A stretch of DNA of 64,000 nucleotides from Phoronis australis (taxonomy: Eukaryota > Animalia > Phoronida): NCBI GenBank assembly GCA_002633005.1, contig NMRA01000841.1:1-64000 (forward strand). Reading direction: 5' to 3'. The position numbers and the translations under genes are program-made. Positions 27,401 to 42,400 of the stretch are shown here, in pieces. The notes beneath the pieces are model-generated. The model had not been told where the DNA came from. It saw nothing but the letters and a program-made list of their open reading frames with translations, and ran no database searches. Position 1 is the first letter of the stretch. Every line of letters begins with the position of its first letter.

Positions 27401-30400
27401 ACAAACCATTTGAATGAGACACATAACCATAGACAATTAAGTTTCTGGTCAGGTGTCGGAACGTCGTGCAATTATGGATGCAAACTGCCCACCATAGTGT
27501 CCGAAGTTTCAAATTTTGCCCGCCAGATTTGGTATATGCCCGCTCACTCAGTGGGCACGCAGGCGACTGGCTCGTGACCCACATAGGAACATAATAAGGG
27601 AAACCTGGTGGACTCAAAATGAGGTCAAAAACTGGCATCTTGGGAAAATCACAAGCAGAAGATACAATGGAGTTCGATGAGTGCAGTTTGGGGTTGTGCC
27701 CATTCTCTTCTGATCAGCTAAATTTATTTTTCTTTTCTCACTCATATCAAATGCTTTCCTACAAAAATCTCTCGTCATGAACCACAGCTATACGGAGTTT
27801 AGTTAATAGTTGTGTTGCACTGTACTATGCATGTAAGAAAAAGAACTGCTTTAAGAAAAGAAATGTCAAGAGAGACAAAGTGCAGTTCCTGAGAAAAGAA
27901 CTGGTTCCTGAGAAATAAACCTTGTTCACAAGATTGTGATCCATGATGGAAGACAATTTGCTACCCTGAATAAGCTGCACATACCTTCATGTCGGGAAGA
28001 TGGCGGATGAGATACTTCTTCTTTTTACTATCCAGATTCAGACGGTCCCCGGGATCTACACCCATACGATGACACACAGCCTGCCAAGGTAAACGCACAG
28101 CTTCTCAATTTCATAACTGTTCAGTTTTACATTACCTAGGAGTGAGTAGCTGATGCCAGTTCTTCATTACATTTAACAACAATGACATTTGCTTCAACAG
28201 AACACGAGATGACAATAAAAAGGCATCAAAATAACGTCCAACAAAGCCGGTTTGCACAGTCAGTTTAACTACATCTCACAAATGACATTGGAAAATGTAT
28301 CAAACTTTTGTAATCGATTTGTCAAACGTATCTTCAATTAATGACACACTCATTAATCATCAACACTATGGATACTAATGAGACAATCAAAAGTGACTGA
28401 TTAAGCCAGACCATCTGTTACACAGAGAACACACATTAATGCACTCACAGAAATCATCCTGATAACTTTCCCTTCAAAGTCTGTGGAATTGTCAACGACA
28501 TCATAGTAGGGATGGCCTACCCATGCCTAGGGGAGCAAAAATAGCATTGGTAACCCAGTAGCACAGCATTTTCATGGTGAAGAATGCGGTAAGCAAAGAG
28601 CACAACCAATGGTCTGACAACCAGGAAATCTCACACAAGTTGACCTAGCGTTTTAACTCTAACTGAAACAATTGTAAAGCAGGCAACAGGGAAACTCACA
28701 AAATTAACCCAGATTCAAAATCCTGTTGTATAATGTTTTTGCCACGCTGAGAATATTTCAAGCTTAGGCCGACTTTAATCTGAAGCACTAGGCAGCTAGC
28801 TGGCTAAATATGATTTGACAGACAGAAAACAAGATCGGTGCTCTGGCACTCAAATGACAGCAGAGCCTGTGCAGCTCAGAGTGCAGTGCGATCACTCACA
28901 ACCAAAAGGTTTAGGATTCAATCCCTGGTTGCTGTGATCGTATAGTTGGGTTCATTCAGCAAGACACATAACCTGCACTGTTTCAGTAGACTCATCTGTC
29001 AATGAGTAAAAGCCCATGGCTGGGAAGAAACTAGCATCACTTCCACACTACAGAAATTGTATTTAGCAGCTGGTAAATTGAGTCTCGTGGCTCATGAAGG
29101 ACTTACAACAACGCTTCCTTATACAAAAACATAACTTCCTTGTACCGCATTCCAGCTTTTGGAACAAAAAATATTTTGCATCAACTTCAAACATGATAAC
29201 ATGTGTGTGACCAGGGCTCAGTTCCGTAGACAAAAGAATCTCACAAAAGAAGTTAGTGTGAACCCACACTTCACTTGTAATACAACAATCTCTCGCAGTC
29301 TTGTGTGGCCTTGTTCTCACGTTTATCGAACACATGTCAGGTGGCCCCTCGTGTTTTCACTTGCCAGGCACCAGTACGTCAATTCCACATGCTTACCTGA
29401 GCAGCTAGGTTGTCTAGATGTCTAGCTAGGTCTGCATTCTCGTGTCTCACTGCGTGATCTTCAACTGTATAGAAATCTTCGGCACCATTGGCGGCTGTCA
29501 CCAAGTGGATCACCTGATGGTAGCGACCATCGCGCAGGTACAACGCATCCCAGTGGTTGTCAGATTTCATCTTCTGCCAATCATTTTCTGGCAGGACTAT
29601 AATGCATTTACCAAACATGATGCACCCATTAACTACTTTGACCTCACACTGCTGACGCAAACCATCCTGCTATCACCACTGTCATTTATAAAAATTTTGT
29701 TATAAGTTCAGGAAAATTACTGAAACACGAACTTTGAAGCGAAAAAATCTTCCGTTACTCATTAGTTAGAAATCTCTACATACGTCACTGTCCAGCGTCT
29801 TTAAATCCAAACCAAATGGTCTGTTTATTGTCTGCCACTTTGTATGATGAAGTAACAAGAGCGCCGTGCAACCTGGCTTCAGCATTGCTGTCTACCAGAA
29901 GCAACACGTGTGTTTTAGGTTCATTTCCATGGAAATGTTTCATGAAAGTGACTTAATTTAGTTTTAGACTCTCACTTCACAGCTAATGATAAAAGGTTTA
30001 GTCAAGCAACTGTCAGCATATCACATTATAGAAATTATCTCAATAACTAGCAATGATGTGTATATTGTATATGAACACATCGACTCACAAGCTGAGGGGT
30101 CCATGGCACCCCTGTCGCATATGATGAGAGTGTTTTGCGACATCTCCTCAGCCAGCATGAAGTAGGTGTCTTCCATCTGCAGCAGACATTTCAGCAGATT
30201 CTCTTGGAACTGATATGCTGTCAATGGAACGAAGAATAAAGTAACGCACATTACACAAATGACAACCCTTACTAAAACACAGCAAACCCATACATACTAT
30301 ACAAAATAAAATACTGTAGACAACACAAGTCATTAGACAAAATGATTTGGAATTCCCTCGTCTTGTAAGCTAACTGTCGTCTTTCATGACCGGGAATGAT

Positions 30401-33400
30401 GGGGAATTATCCTGAAAGTAAGCAGCAGAGAACACTGAAATTTGGATTTTGCAGCAGAGACAAGTCATTTTCTGTCAGTTTTGTAACAAACACAATTAAG
30501 GTTTGTTTCTAGTAGTATGTAATGCACAATGAGCTATGCAGGATGTGAAATGCATTTAAATTGTGTTTGCAATAAAATAAAAGAAGTGTTTGCAATAGTC
30601 CACAATGTGTACAACGTAAAGGAATAATTCATTCTTTTTTGAATTGTATTGTGCAGCAATTGAATATGCATAACAGAGGGGGAATTTCATTTTCATGTCA
30701 GCAATGGAGTTCCCCAATGAAGTTGCCAAGAAACACACGACACAGACTTTTGAGCAAGTTCAGAACTTACATATTGTTGTGGAGTACACTTTAAAGCAAT
30801 CTTTAACTCAACTGGGTAAAAAATACAATAGTATTATGAACCAACCTACCTTGACCTTTGTTCATCTCTGGGAACTTGGCACCACCGCTAGACAAGAACA
30901 GAGAATGAGAGCTAACAAAGCTGGAAAGGGTCATTCACCAAAAACTTGTCAAAACTAGGCAGACAATGTTAAAAGGAAAGTTGGTGATTTTTGGACTTTT
31001 AGCAAGAACACTACAAGACATACGCCCAAAGTGTGCATCACATATAGCACAGATACTCACTAGAGCAATGGACCAATGCTCGTAAACTTAAAATAGCCTC
31101 CTCCAAGGAGGTATATTAGCAGTCAGCAATAGGAACACGCAAGCCCATAAAAAACTGGCAATGGGGGCACAGTGGTACTCAGATACTTCCAAACATTGTC
31201 ATCTGTTGTCACATTCATAGAAATACACTTGCCAAATTTCATGAAGATCCAGCAGAGAGAAACATCTGCAGATGAGAAAATAAGCAAACTGCCACATGGT
31301 GGGGGGCCACAGTGGTCACACTGACCAAATCATTAACAATGCTCATTCCACTAGGAACGATTCTTAGAATGCTTTGGTCGATAGAGAGATGGACGTCAAA
31401 AGCAGACTAAAACATAATCGTCCGAACATCGTCATCACCAGTTGTCACCTTCATACACTTAAAGATCCTGCACATGGTTTAGAAAATACAGTTATGGATG
31501 CAAAAAAAAACTGACACTGCAGTCAGAGCCATCCAAAAATCATCATCTGTCCTCTTTGCAGCAGAAACATATATGCCTATTTTCATAATCACCCTTGCAT
31601 TGGTTTGGCCTATAAAGGGGCTGACGGCGTAAAAAACAGTAAAAATGGCCACTATGTAGTGCAAAATAAATCGAAACCATTCAAAAATGGGAAGGTGGCA
31701 TCATCTTCCTAATAGATACTTATTTGCCACATTTTTTAAAAATCCATTAAGGAACACCAAAGATACAGAGGCAAACATACAAAATTAAAATTGCCATTAG
31801 AGGGGCACACCGGTAGTCCGATCCATCCGAAAATTTGCTCGTGCCGTCCCGTCCATGAACATGCATACATCGAGGGGTTTTGGAGATACAGCAGCGGCCG
31901 CTGAATGCCCAGTGGACGGCCGGCCGGCCAGACACAGATGATGGTATAATGCACCCACATATATGTAGGCGCATAAAAATGTCTCATTAGATTGTTGAAT
32001 ACCATATTTAGTCGCTATTCAAGCATTCTGAAACCAGAAACTGGTGTCACATTAATCCACCGCCATTCCTTACCGAGACTGCCAAAAGGAAAGTCTTTAT
32101 TTTTGTCTGTCCTTGTTTCTAAAAGTGTAGGTAACAACATATGGACTTCCAGAATAAGTTTGCATTTATTGTAAAAGGACCCATCAAAGACTGAGTTCAG
32201 TCACGTGAATGAGTGAGACAAATACATCCCGACAAAATCCATTGCATCACAGTGTCCGACCAAAGATGGCCTACAGACAATTGACATTCATGACTGTACA
32301 CTTTGTTCCTGATCTTTTCACAGAATTTGTCATATTGTGCCAGATTCTGATCATTACGTATGTCTTAACATTGATGTCTTGCATCCACTGTGTTCCCATT
32401 ATGATAACACCTTGGGTGAATGTTTTTCTTAAGGGGGCCACTTTCCAAGGCAAAATTCACCACAGAATTAGACAAAGACTGCAATGCTACATTGTGATTA
32501 ACTTCAGTAAACGTTAAAGTGCGAAAGGGAAGAAGGTACATGAAATCAATGTACTTCAACTAATCGTGATGGAGAACTCATCCAGGTGTCTATAACCATT
32601 ATCGATACAGAATGTCAACACATTCAGATCCAAGAGCAAAAGTAAGTGGAAAGTACTAATCAAGCCCTCTCAAGAGATCAATTAACGGTGGATCACAAAT
32701 ACAATAAGAATGATGATCCATACAAGATACCCACTGACCCATATTTTTAGAGCAAGAACCAATTGTCAGATAACAAAAGTAAGGACTTCACTTAAAGCTA
32801 TCGTACAAAGAATACAAGGAAAGAATAAATGCTCATATTATTTGACGGAACTGGATCTACCTAAATATGGCATTCAACTAACCAAGAACTGTGTTTGAGC
32901 CCTAAACATTTGGGGAATTGGTCAAAAATTTTGGAATTTTCATTGACAGTCACTGAAGACAGCTCATGGTTAACTAATCTTCTTCACATGCACTGTGACT
33001 GAAATGATTCACGGTTCAGAATTTTGATCTCAGGCCACACACCAAGGTTCAGGAAATTTTAGTTCAGCTAAAAACAAGTTCAAAAAACTGCTTTTTCTCA
33101 ATTTTGTCATTCCCATTTAGTTTACATAAAGGAATACACAAACTGATCCCAGAGCAGCACAAATTACTTGCTGATAAAAGATGGAAGTTGCATCTTTTTC
33201 AAGGTCTAAATCAGTCACACATATGCACCAATGTAGTATGCTGAATTTTACTATCGGCACCAATGATGAAAGCAACCAATATCTGATAACAGCCTCTGGG
33301 TAATGAACATGAAGACATTTCCGTTGAGATTCAAACAAGATAGATTATCAAATGAGTGCACATATCCTATGGCATGTCACCAACACCACAAAACTCCACT

Positions 33401-36400
33401 ATGAAGCAATTATCATTCTGGCCAATAGCACCAACACAGACTAGATTTACCAATTACTGCATAATGCTTTTGGCCACAATTCTGCACTTCTGAGTCAGTA
33501 ATTCACATAGAGATATTTCATTAGATAACGTCACTATTAAACTTTAAAATCAAAGTCTACAATGGTGTTGGTAGAAAAAACAAAAGCTACAATTGTGGCA
33601 GTAGACAAATAAGATTAAATACATAAGGTAGAGGGTAAATCTGATGTTGTAACAAAATCCTTCCAACATACCTTTGGAGAATGGTGGAACACTCTGGCAC
33701 TCTGAACACCTGAAGAAGACACAGTGTTTCTCAGCCTTCATCAGACAAGGGTGCAAATGTAGATGGCATCAAAACCTCTTACTTTAACTTATAGGGGGGT
33801 AGTTAGTGCCATTTTCACAAGTGAACAAAACATACCCTTTTCTGACCACCCTCAAAAGCGCACAAAATATTCTAATTTTTATAGGTCAGTTGTCACGTTA
33901 TGTGTTGAACTGAGAGTATTTATAAGTATTGACGACTGGTGAGTATTGTCACACAAAGTATACATACGTGGAATAAACTGTCTTACAATGAATGACCTTG
34001 AAAAATGAAAAAGGTAAGTTTGGGAATTGGTGAGATTTCACTGCTTCCAAATTAGAAATTGGGTCAAGTGTAGAGACCATGATTTTCCACGATGACGGAA
34101 TTAAAGTCTTCAAACAGTATTCATAAACTTCAGTAGTAGATACTAAGTGTAATATTTTTTATTTTAGTTACCAAAATTTATGAATACAACCCATCATTCT
34201 CCTGTTACTTATTCCTTCCAAATAGTAAAATGGAATTTGCTAATTTACAAAATGGAAAAATTAAATTTTATGTTTGTCATAACAGAATTTTCTGTTTTTG
34301 AAAGTGGAAAATCGGGAGCTGTACAACTGAAAGACGCTTTTGTTTCCTCCAGTGCTAAAGAGCTGTAAAGATCGATTCTATTACTGGTGTGCAAAAAAAT
34401 CCATTCAACAACGGGATTTACGCTAATCAATCACCACATAAAGGAGAGCTTAGAGCTTGGGACATAGGTTTCCATTGTTAAGCCAACAATTCCATCCAAA
34501 GGCAAGTATTTTTCATGACTGACAAGAACTCTCTGTATTTGTTCAAGACATGTAAAAACCAAAGAGGCTATGGGTAAGGTAAACGACTCTATTAATACAG
34601 ACCTATTTCATCCCAACCAATGGATATGAAAAGAATCCATGCAATCTATACTGAGCGGCAGGTAGGAATCAACTATTCAGTGTTTACTCACTGCAACCCA
34701 GTCTTTAAGCTGAGAGAAAAGGAATATGAGCTCAGCAGGCTGCCTGGAGCTAAAGTTGGTGTTCTTCGTTCACCGTCAAAACACACAATTGCTCACTTCA
34801 GTGTGTCTTTCCCTTTTCTAATATATCTAACAAAAGTTTGTGAACTGAAAATACCCTGAATGACCTATTGGTTAGTTCGTACAATTCTTGTGTTTCAAGC
34901 CTTGACCTATGCTCGGTGCTAATTTCCCGACGGCAGCCACGTGAGCTCCAGATTCATCATGTGTGCCGAGCCCAAGCTGTCCAGGGCATAACAGGAGACT
35001 TTTAGAAAGCAATGGGGGATCATCACATGGGATTGGCGACTCTTATCCCACATGACTAAAACTGGGGAACCTCTTTTCTTTTTCCCTATTGGTGGCATAG
35101 GAGACCACGTTTGACCTCGTGGAAAGGTCGTTTTACAATGAATGTGATTAGACGCAATGCATTTAAAACAAAAGTGAAATTCCTCCTTGTACTCTAGAGG
35201 CCATTATTATCTGGACTGATTTCATTAGCCACTATGTTGGTACTTTAAAGTAAGAAAAACATTGTTGAGATTTGATTAAGTTGAATGATTTTGTCTTGAA
35301 TAGTAATGCAACAAATCTGAATGGAAATCAGGAAAACTTAAGCTAAACAATAAAATAACATACAATGGACCGATTTTCTCGAATAACTCTTTAAAAATGG
35401 CAGTTCACAATAATCCTTTATCTGAATGAACAATCGCTCCAAAGTACTGTTTGTTTGCATCAAAATCATAAAATCGCATAGCCTTAGTTTCTTGCACAAG
35501 GCATGATGCCAGAAAAGTACAGTTGTTCCTGGTTGCCTCCATTATGGAAACTGTTGGCATTTTGCAGTTATTTTTATATAAATGGACAGTTCAAGATAGA
35601 GCAGGTAATGTAAATGACATATTAAGCTACGTTTCAGCTATGCCTAAATTCTAATCAATCAGAGTCTCAATTGTTAAGTTTTGGCAACCCACTTAAGTCC
35701 CGTCCACACACAGACTTACTCTAGAACACCTTGAACTACTGCAACTTGCCCCCTTTAAGTGGAACGTCTACATACACAGCTGAGAATATCTTGGGCAAAA
35801 GAAGTTCAGTTTGTAAGTAACCATAGCTGATAATTACTTCTTCCTTGCCCCACATTTGCAGTCACACAGGGATTAGAAGTGGCGCAAGTTACCCTACTTC
35901 GATAAGTTGGAGTATGTTTTCACAACTAGGGTACATTGCACTAGTTTAAATAGCGTCCACACAGCCCTCAAACCTAGCGACAACTCCTTCCAGGAGTAAC
36001 ATGTTCTAGAGCAAGTCCATGTATGGACGGCACTTACGTGTACAAAGCATTGCCTGTCAATTTGGTCATAATTCAACCACATACTCACTTTCCAGCCCAG
36101 ATTCTCAAAGAAGGTACTCAGCCGAGCTTGGCCAGTCGTCTTCCCACCGCATGGTCCTAAATAAGACAGAAAATAAGTTTTAAATAGCGCATATTTTTTC
36201 ATATACAGTGCAATAAGTACTAGGTAATATTTTATCGTCGAGTACTTTATACATGTAAAGAATTTTTTAATGTTTGTTTTTAGGTAAATTCAGGTCACAC
36301 TTGAGACTTGCCCGACTAAAATGAGCCAAGAACGTACGATACTCCAAGTTCAAATTTGGTGGAAGTTCACGTGGATATCACTGATTGTCACCAAATGCAA

Positions 36401-39400
36401 TGAAGTCAATAGAGGTACCAGTAGGCAATACAAGCATCAGCACTGAATTTCTAATTCTGATGGTTTGATTAAGCTGCTATCAACCCACATTCAATAATTA
36501 AGAAGCAACTGAGGTCTGCCTACACTTAGCGTTTTGCTGCAACTATACTCACTGTCCACATTAGTCGACTCATAGTTGCTAGCATGACACGTCACAGAAA
36601 GCCAAAACAGGATCAGCTCACTACTTTGCTTTTCAAACAACATGAATTTCTCATATAAGGTGCATCCATCATAACGTTAAATCGTCGTGAGAGACCGTCC
36701 GGAGTTGGTATATGGTGCAACTCCGGACGGTCTGGGGTCAACAGAAAACCACAGTTCAGCTATGAGTCTACACCAATGTGACAAACGAGAGTAATTTTAC
36801 TTGCTGCGTACAGCTGCAGATATGCTTATCTCTTTTATGACACACAATGTGAGACTGGGCAAAGCGTTTTTATAAAATAATGTGGATAAATCAGTGGAGT
36901 GTGAGACCCCTGAGGTCCCTGTCAAGTCCTCACGACAATTATACGTTATGTACTTTCCATGTTCAGTTAATATGGCGTGACATGCAAGCTGCAGCAACTC
37001 TCATCACTCGACAGTTGCACGAAACATTTGCAACTCCCATAAGGACTGAGCACTACGTGACAGGCCATTGCTCGACCTTCGCTTGATGGTTGCACTGCAG
37101 ACATATCCCTAAGTGCAGACAGGCCCTAATATATAAACATGGACCAGCCACGAGGGTGACATCAGGTCACATGAACTGAGGGAAAGACGAGGCCCATGTG
37201 ACCTGTACGCCCAAAGGATCGGTCTGTTTAATGACCACTGATGCTTCTTTTCTCATTTTTTGTCTGTCATTAGACTGGAATGTCATGTGTGATGCCAAGG
37301 AAGATGGCCAGAAGGCACAGAAAATTCTCCAAGAACATTATTAGGGTCATGGAAAACCGCTATTGATTGCACTTTACAGTGTTGACATTACTCTAAATGG
37401 CACACAGTGAGTGTATTACCGATTAAATTTAAAACTGAGAAACAGGGGTAGATTGTACTACATAGCAGTATTACATCCAACCAGAAACACCACACAGTTG
37501 AAGAGTGGCATATAATACTAGGTCACTGTAATGTTAAAAGGCCCTTTCCCGTACAGTTAACATCACTATTATCGAAACTTCCAAGTTAACTATCGTTAAC
37601 TGCGAAGTTAAGCGTTAGTGTTCTCATCAACTTCTGAGTTAAAGTTCAGCGAAGTTATCGCAGGGAGGCGCTGTTTTTGACAGTGCTTGCCATCAAAAAT
37701 GGCAAGAACCTCTCCCTCCCACAAGATAGAAACTAACATCAACTTCACAAGCCAGCTAGCAATTGCTACGTTGAGACGATGGCAATGTAATAGAAAACAA
37801 CTATTAAAATATTTTGACTCACGTGAAGGCTAACGGCTGCTTAAAACAAAGATGGTATGGCATACACAAAATACATGGACAAAATGAAACATTATGATTA
37901 TCGTGTTTATGCCACCAAAATAGTAAATAGAACAAAATTATTAACAAATAATAACCAGTCATCGCCCACTTTACTTCGGAGTTAACTTGCACTGTTAACT
38001 TCGATTTAAGACCAAAGTTAAGTGTTCCTATTGACTGAAGCTTCAACAACACAGAAGCTTCGGAGGCAGTGGGAAAGGTCTTAAAGATGTACTCAATGAA
38101 AACTGAGCAATGTTAAAAGAATAAAAATTTCCGATAAGAGTAAAAATGAGTTTACCTGTGTATTTTGGGTAAAATGTCTCAGTTCCGAAACCGAGATCCT
38201 GATCCAAGGTCAACCAGTACTTTTCAGTTGGTATATTGGGATATTGCTGACCCTACTGACCTGATAGCAAAAGATGGCTTCAAGCATGCCTTGTAGTTTA
38301 CAGATGACTATATCATCAGGCGTCAATATGATTTACTTACTTAGAAACAAGAGTGACACATTTGAAACAATGACAAAACTTCTGGCTTATTCTGCACCTT
38401 ATGGTAAAGTCGAAAAGTTGACGTCAGAAAAAGTCATAGAATTTACTAAAAGTTTGCAAAACTTATGGTTGCTAAGAAAATCAAGCGTGAGAAATCATCA
38501 CCATACCCGCCACACCAGAACAGTACTGTTGAGCAAGGAGGATGTTGCAAATTATTTGAAATGGGCAAAGTCTGCTTATTGAAGCTTAATTATCTTAAGA
38601 AGTTGTGGACATGTGCTGGTATATCATCAGTGTTTACTCGTACAGGCGTTACAATTCTAGAATAGGGAAGACTACCTGTCAAAAACTCACAAGTCAAAAA
38701 CCCAACTTGAGTGGAATGCACATTTTGGCACGGCGCGTTGTGCTTATGTGCAAAAGAAAACTAAACTTGATGCACGTAGTGAAAAGGGTATTTTTATCGG
38801 ATAAATATTCTCCTGCGATTTTAGTTTATTTTCCTGACAAAAATGAGGTCAGACAAGTACGATGTGCAAGATTCACTGATCAGTTTGACATTACTGATGA
38901 GAGTGTTCAACACAAAATGCCTAAGGGACCAGTGGATGGCACTGAACTGTTCCCAGCAAAGAAAGAGATGTGTAAGCCTCCTGAAGTTTCAGGTATGAAT
39001 GCAGGCACTCATAGCACACTAGACCAAAGTGTGTCAATGATTATGTCACTTCTGCAATCTCAGAAGATAGGCTACAATAAGTATTGATTATTGTGACAGG
39101 GTTAGTAACATACCCAACTCTTACTCAGAGGCAACTGTCTCCAATGAATTGACCTATCGCCAGGATTTTGAGTGACGGCTTAACTAACCATTTAGAACGC
39201 ATCATTGNGCACGTAGTGAAAAGGGCATTTTTATCGGATAAAGATTCTCCTGCAATTTTAGTTTATTTTCCTGACAAAAATGAGGTCAGACAAGTACGAT
39301 GTGCAAGATTCACTGATCAGTTTGACATTACTGATGAGAGTGTTCAACACAAAATGCCCAAGGGACCAGTGGATGGCACTGAACTGTTCCCAGCAAAGAA

Positions 39401-42400
39401 AGAGATGTGTAAGCCTCCTGAAGTTTCAGGTATGAATGCAGGCACTCATAGCACACTAGACCAAAGTGTGTCAATGATTATGTCACTTCTGCAATCTCAG
39501 AAGATAGGCTACAATAAGTATTGATTATTGTGACAGGGTTAGTAACATACCCAACTCTTACTCAGAGGCAACTGTCTCCAATGAATTGACCTATCGCCAG
39601 GATTTTGAGTGACGGCTTAACTAACCATTTAGAACGCATCATTGTTGACACACCTTCGTTTTCAAGCTGCCATTTTACCCGACAAACAACACGTTGCCGG
39701 TTAAAACTCATTGTTTGTTAGTCGACATTATGCAAGAGGGCGGAGCTTGCGATAGGTCAATTGTCGAAAAGCATGAAATAGGCTATTATGAGACATTCTC
39801 AGCAATTGCTTCTATTCCAACGCTTATGAAACTCAGATTTCAGAAAAACATATTCTACATCAAATGGATGTTAAAGCAGCATTCGTCAATGCACCCATGG
39901 ATTGTAAAATCTACATGGACCAGCCCAAGAGGTATGAGGCAAGAGATAAAAATGGTGAAAAGCTTTTTTATTAGGTGAAAGAGTCACTTTATGGCTAATT
40001 AAAACTGAGTGGGAAAAATTAGAATAATATGTTTCACACTTTCTTGCTTGACAGAACGATTTCAACAATCTATTGCCTGATCCCTGTGTTTATCACAGAC
40101 ACAAGTGGAAACTCTTCAATAGCTATTATTATATGGGTCGACGTAGCTATTATTATATGGGTCGACGTAGCTATTATCATATGGGTCGACGTAGCTATTA
40201 TCATATGGGTCGGTGATATTATAGTGGCACCAAGTACTGAATCTGAACTCATCGGTATCAGAAGCTTTATGTGAAAAAAGATCAAAATGAAGGATTGCGG
40301 GAAGTTATCATGATTGCATCACTAAGAATCAAAGAAAATGTCTTAACACAAACTCTAGACAGATTCAACGTAAGTGATTGTAAGCCTAAATGTACTGACC
40401 TTATGATCCTAAGCGCTAACAAAATCAGAAGCAAGCCAATGGTTCTGATGAGATGACTGATGTCAGGTTACATAGAAAGAGATAGTTGGAAACCTAGTGT
40501 ATGCCATGACTTGCAAAACTCCTGATTTGTGTTATATTTTAGCATTATCGTTTCAGAATATGGCAAACCCAACCATGGCTCACTTAAACATGGCTAAACA
40601 TGTCCTCCGTTATATTAAAGGGACACTTAACTATGGTTTGAAGTTTAAAGATAGATAGATATATTCACAGTTGAATTTGATACAGTGATTCTGATGGGGT
40701 GTTCATCTACTGACCGAAACAGTATTTCGGGATATTGTTTTCACTTGTGTGAGACTGGGTCTTTGCTGCTTCTTGCTTTTACATGATTACAGACAGTTGC
40801 TTTATCTAGTTGCGAAGCAGAGCGTACTATGGCACTTGATCTTGCTGCTTAAGAAACAAAATTTCTGAAGCAATAGTTTTGCTAATATTGCTGGTTGGAA
40901 GTTTTAACTCTGCAACAACTATACATGTTGACAATCAGGGTGTAATGACTCTGGCTAAAAATCCAGTGCATATTCGGTGGTCTAAACACACAGACATCAA
41001 AAATCATTTCATTATGTCACTTGTTCAAACAGGTTAATATGTAGAGTTGCCATTTCACCTTCTGCAGATAATGTAGCAGATGTATCAAAACTGTCAAACG
41101 TTAAGTTTGATAAGATCAACCATTATGATCTTTGGTCAATTGTGTGTCCACGTGTAAGTAGGGGTGTTAATGTAAAATCGTAACCTTGTACATTTGCGCA
41201 TTGACATTTTAAAGTCACAAATCCTATCTTCACTTGCTTCTCTCTGCTATTTGCGAACAATCGCTCTTGTAGTTATTTTCGTTGTGAATAAAAGCCGATT
41301 TGCTCAAAATGACTAATCCTCACAGTTGAACAAGTGATATTCAGTGGCCAGCCAGTCAATATCACTTGCAAACAGAAGTTGTTTTAGCCAATCAGAGGAG
41401 AGAATTATCAGAGGTCGGGGGGGGGTAATAATGTTTGATTTAGACCACTTGCTGTAAAACTGGACTCGACTTGTTTCTCACAGACATACAAGTGGTTTCA
41501 GGGCTTGAAAAGAACATAAAATTGATAATTGCTCAATATAAAACAGAGTGCGTAAAAATGAAGATAAGAAACAGTTCATCAAAAATGTGCAATATAGAGA
41601 CTTGCTGTGCATTTTTATGTGTGTGGTTAAAATAAATCTACAACAGCACTCGACACTTAGCTAAAGGCCAAGTCGAATTTGGCGACCTAACACAAATCAC
41701 AGGTCGCCAAAACAAAATCGTCCTGGCCAACTAAGGAGGTTCCCTGTTAATGTTAAGCGTATATCTTTGGCAACCCCAAAAAATTATAGGGCTGTAATGG
41801 CACCCATTTTCCTTGTCAGGTAAATGTACATTCATTCAGTCTCTAACCCTACTATTCCTCACACTAACGATAGGACCCAGTCAGCCACATGGCCAGCTGG
41901 CGTGAATTTCTCCCATCTTGCCCAACTTTTGCCGAACAATTCTGTTTTTTACTTCCTGTTGTAATTTCAGCGCAGTGGCAACTGCATTCAATTCACGAAA
42001 TAAACCGAACAATAGTGAATCAAAGTAATAAATCTACAAACATAATTACTGATTTCAAATTTGGAAGTCAACACGAACCTTAAAACGAATTTAGATGGAA
42101 ACATTGCCTCGCTTTGATACTCTCAGTTGCGTCTTCCTGGTGACTGGAAATTTTTCCCAGGTCGCCAAACACAATCTGAGGTTGCATAGGACAAATTGAG
42201 CGCTGTGCAAATAAGCCATTTGCCATGAATACAAATTTACTAAGTTAACACAAAACCTTTCAAATGAAATGTCACACATCCCTTATGAATAATTAGCAAC
42301 AACATTTCAAGCCATTATCAAACACATGGACAACATAAGGTTCAGTCACTCAAGGTGAATTAATAGATTTTTGCTTCCATAAATACTAAAATGGGTCCAA

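Larger units (their letters stand above)
37262..41332 (+). mobile_element. Decayed Ty1/Copia LTR retrotransposon in Ttd14 intron 1
   Basis: gag-like [17 protein letters not shown]; integrase SSPYPPHQN; [18 protein letters not shown] and IIIWVD; RNase [14 protein letters not shown] and KNPVH..SKHTDI; PPT then 3' LTR TGTT...AACA at 41165-41332; many stops and frameshifts. Confidence 0.88.

Noticed and set aside
27021-27638. 205-aa ORF and overlapping 172-aa antisense ORF in a Ttd14 intron
   Set aside because: No recognisable motif or coding-like composition; likely chance ORFs in a GC-richer repeat.
38772-39644. 436-bp tandem duplication giving twin ORFs (38605-39087 and 39168-39524)
   Set aside because: The copies abut a single N (39208), differ at about 4 sites, and the first ends mid-MITE. 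This is typical of an unmerged allelic contig overlap, not biology.
40121-40212. CRISPR-like array
   Set aside because: Contiguous repeats without spacers, inside a eukaryotic retrotransposon.
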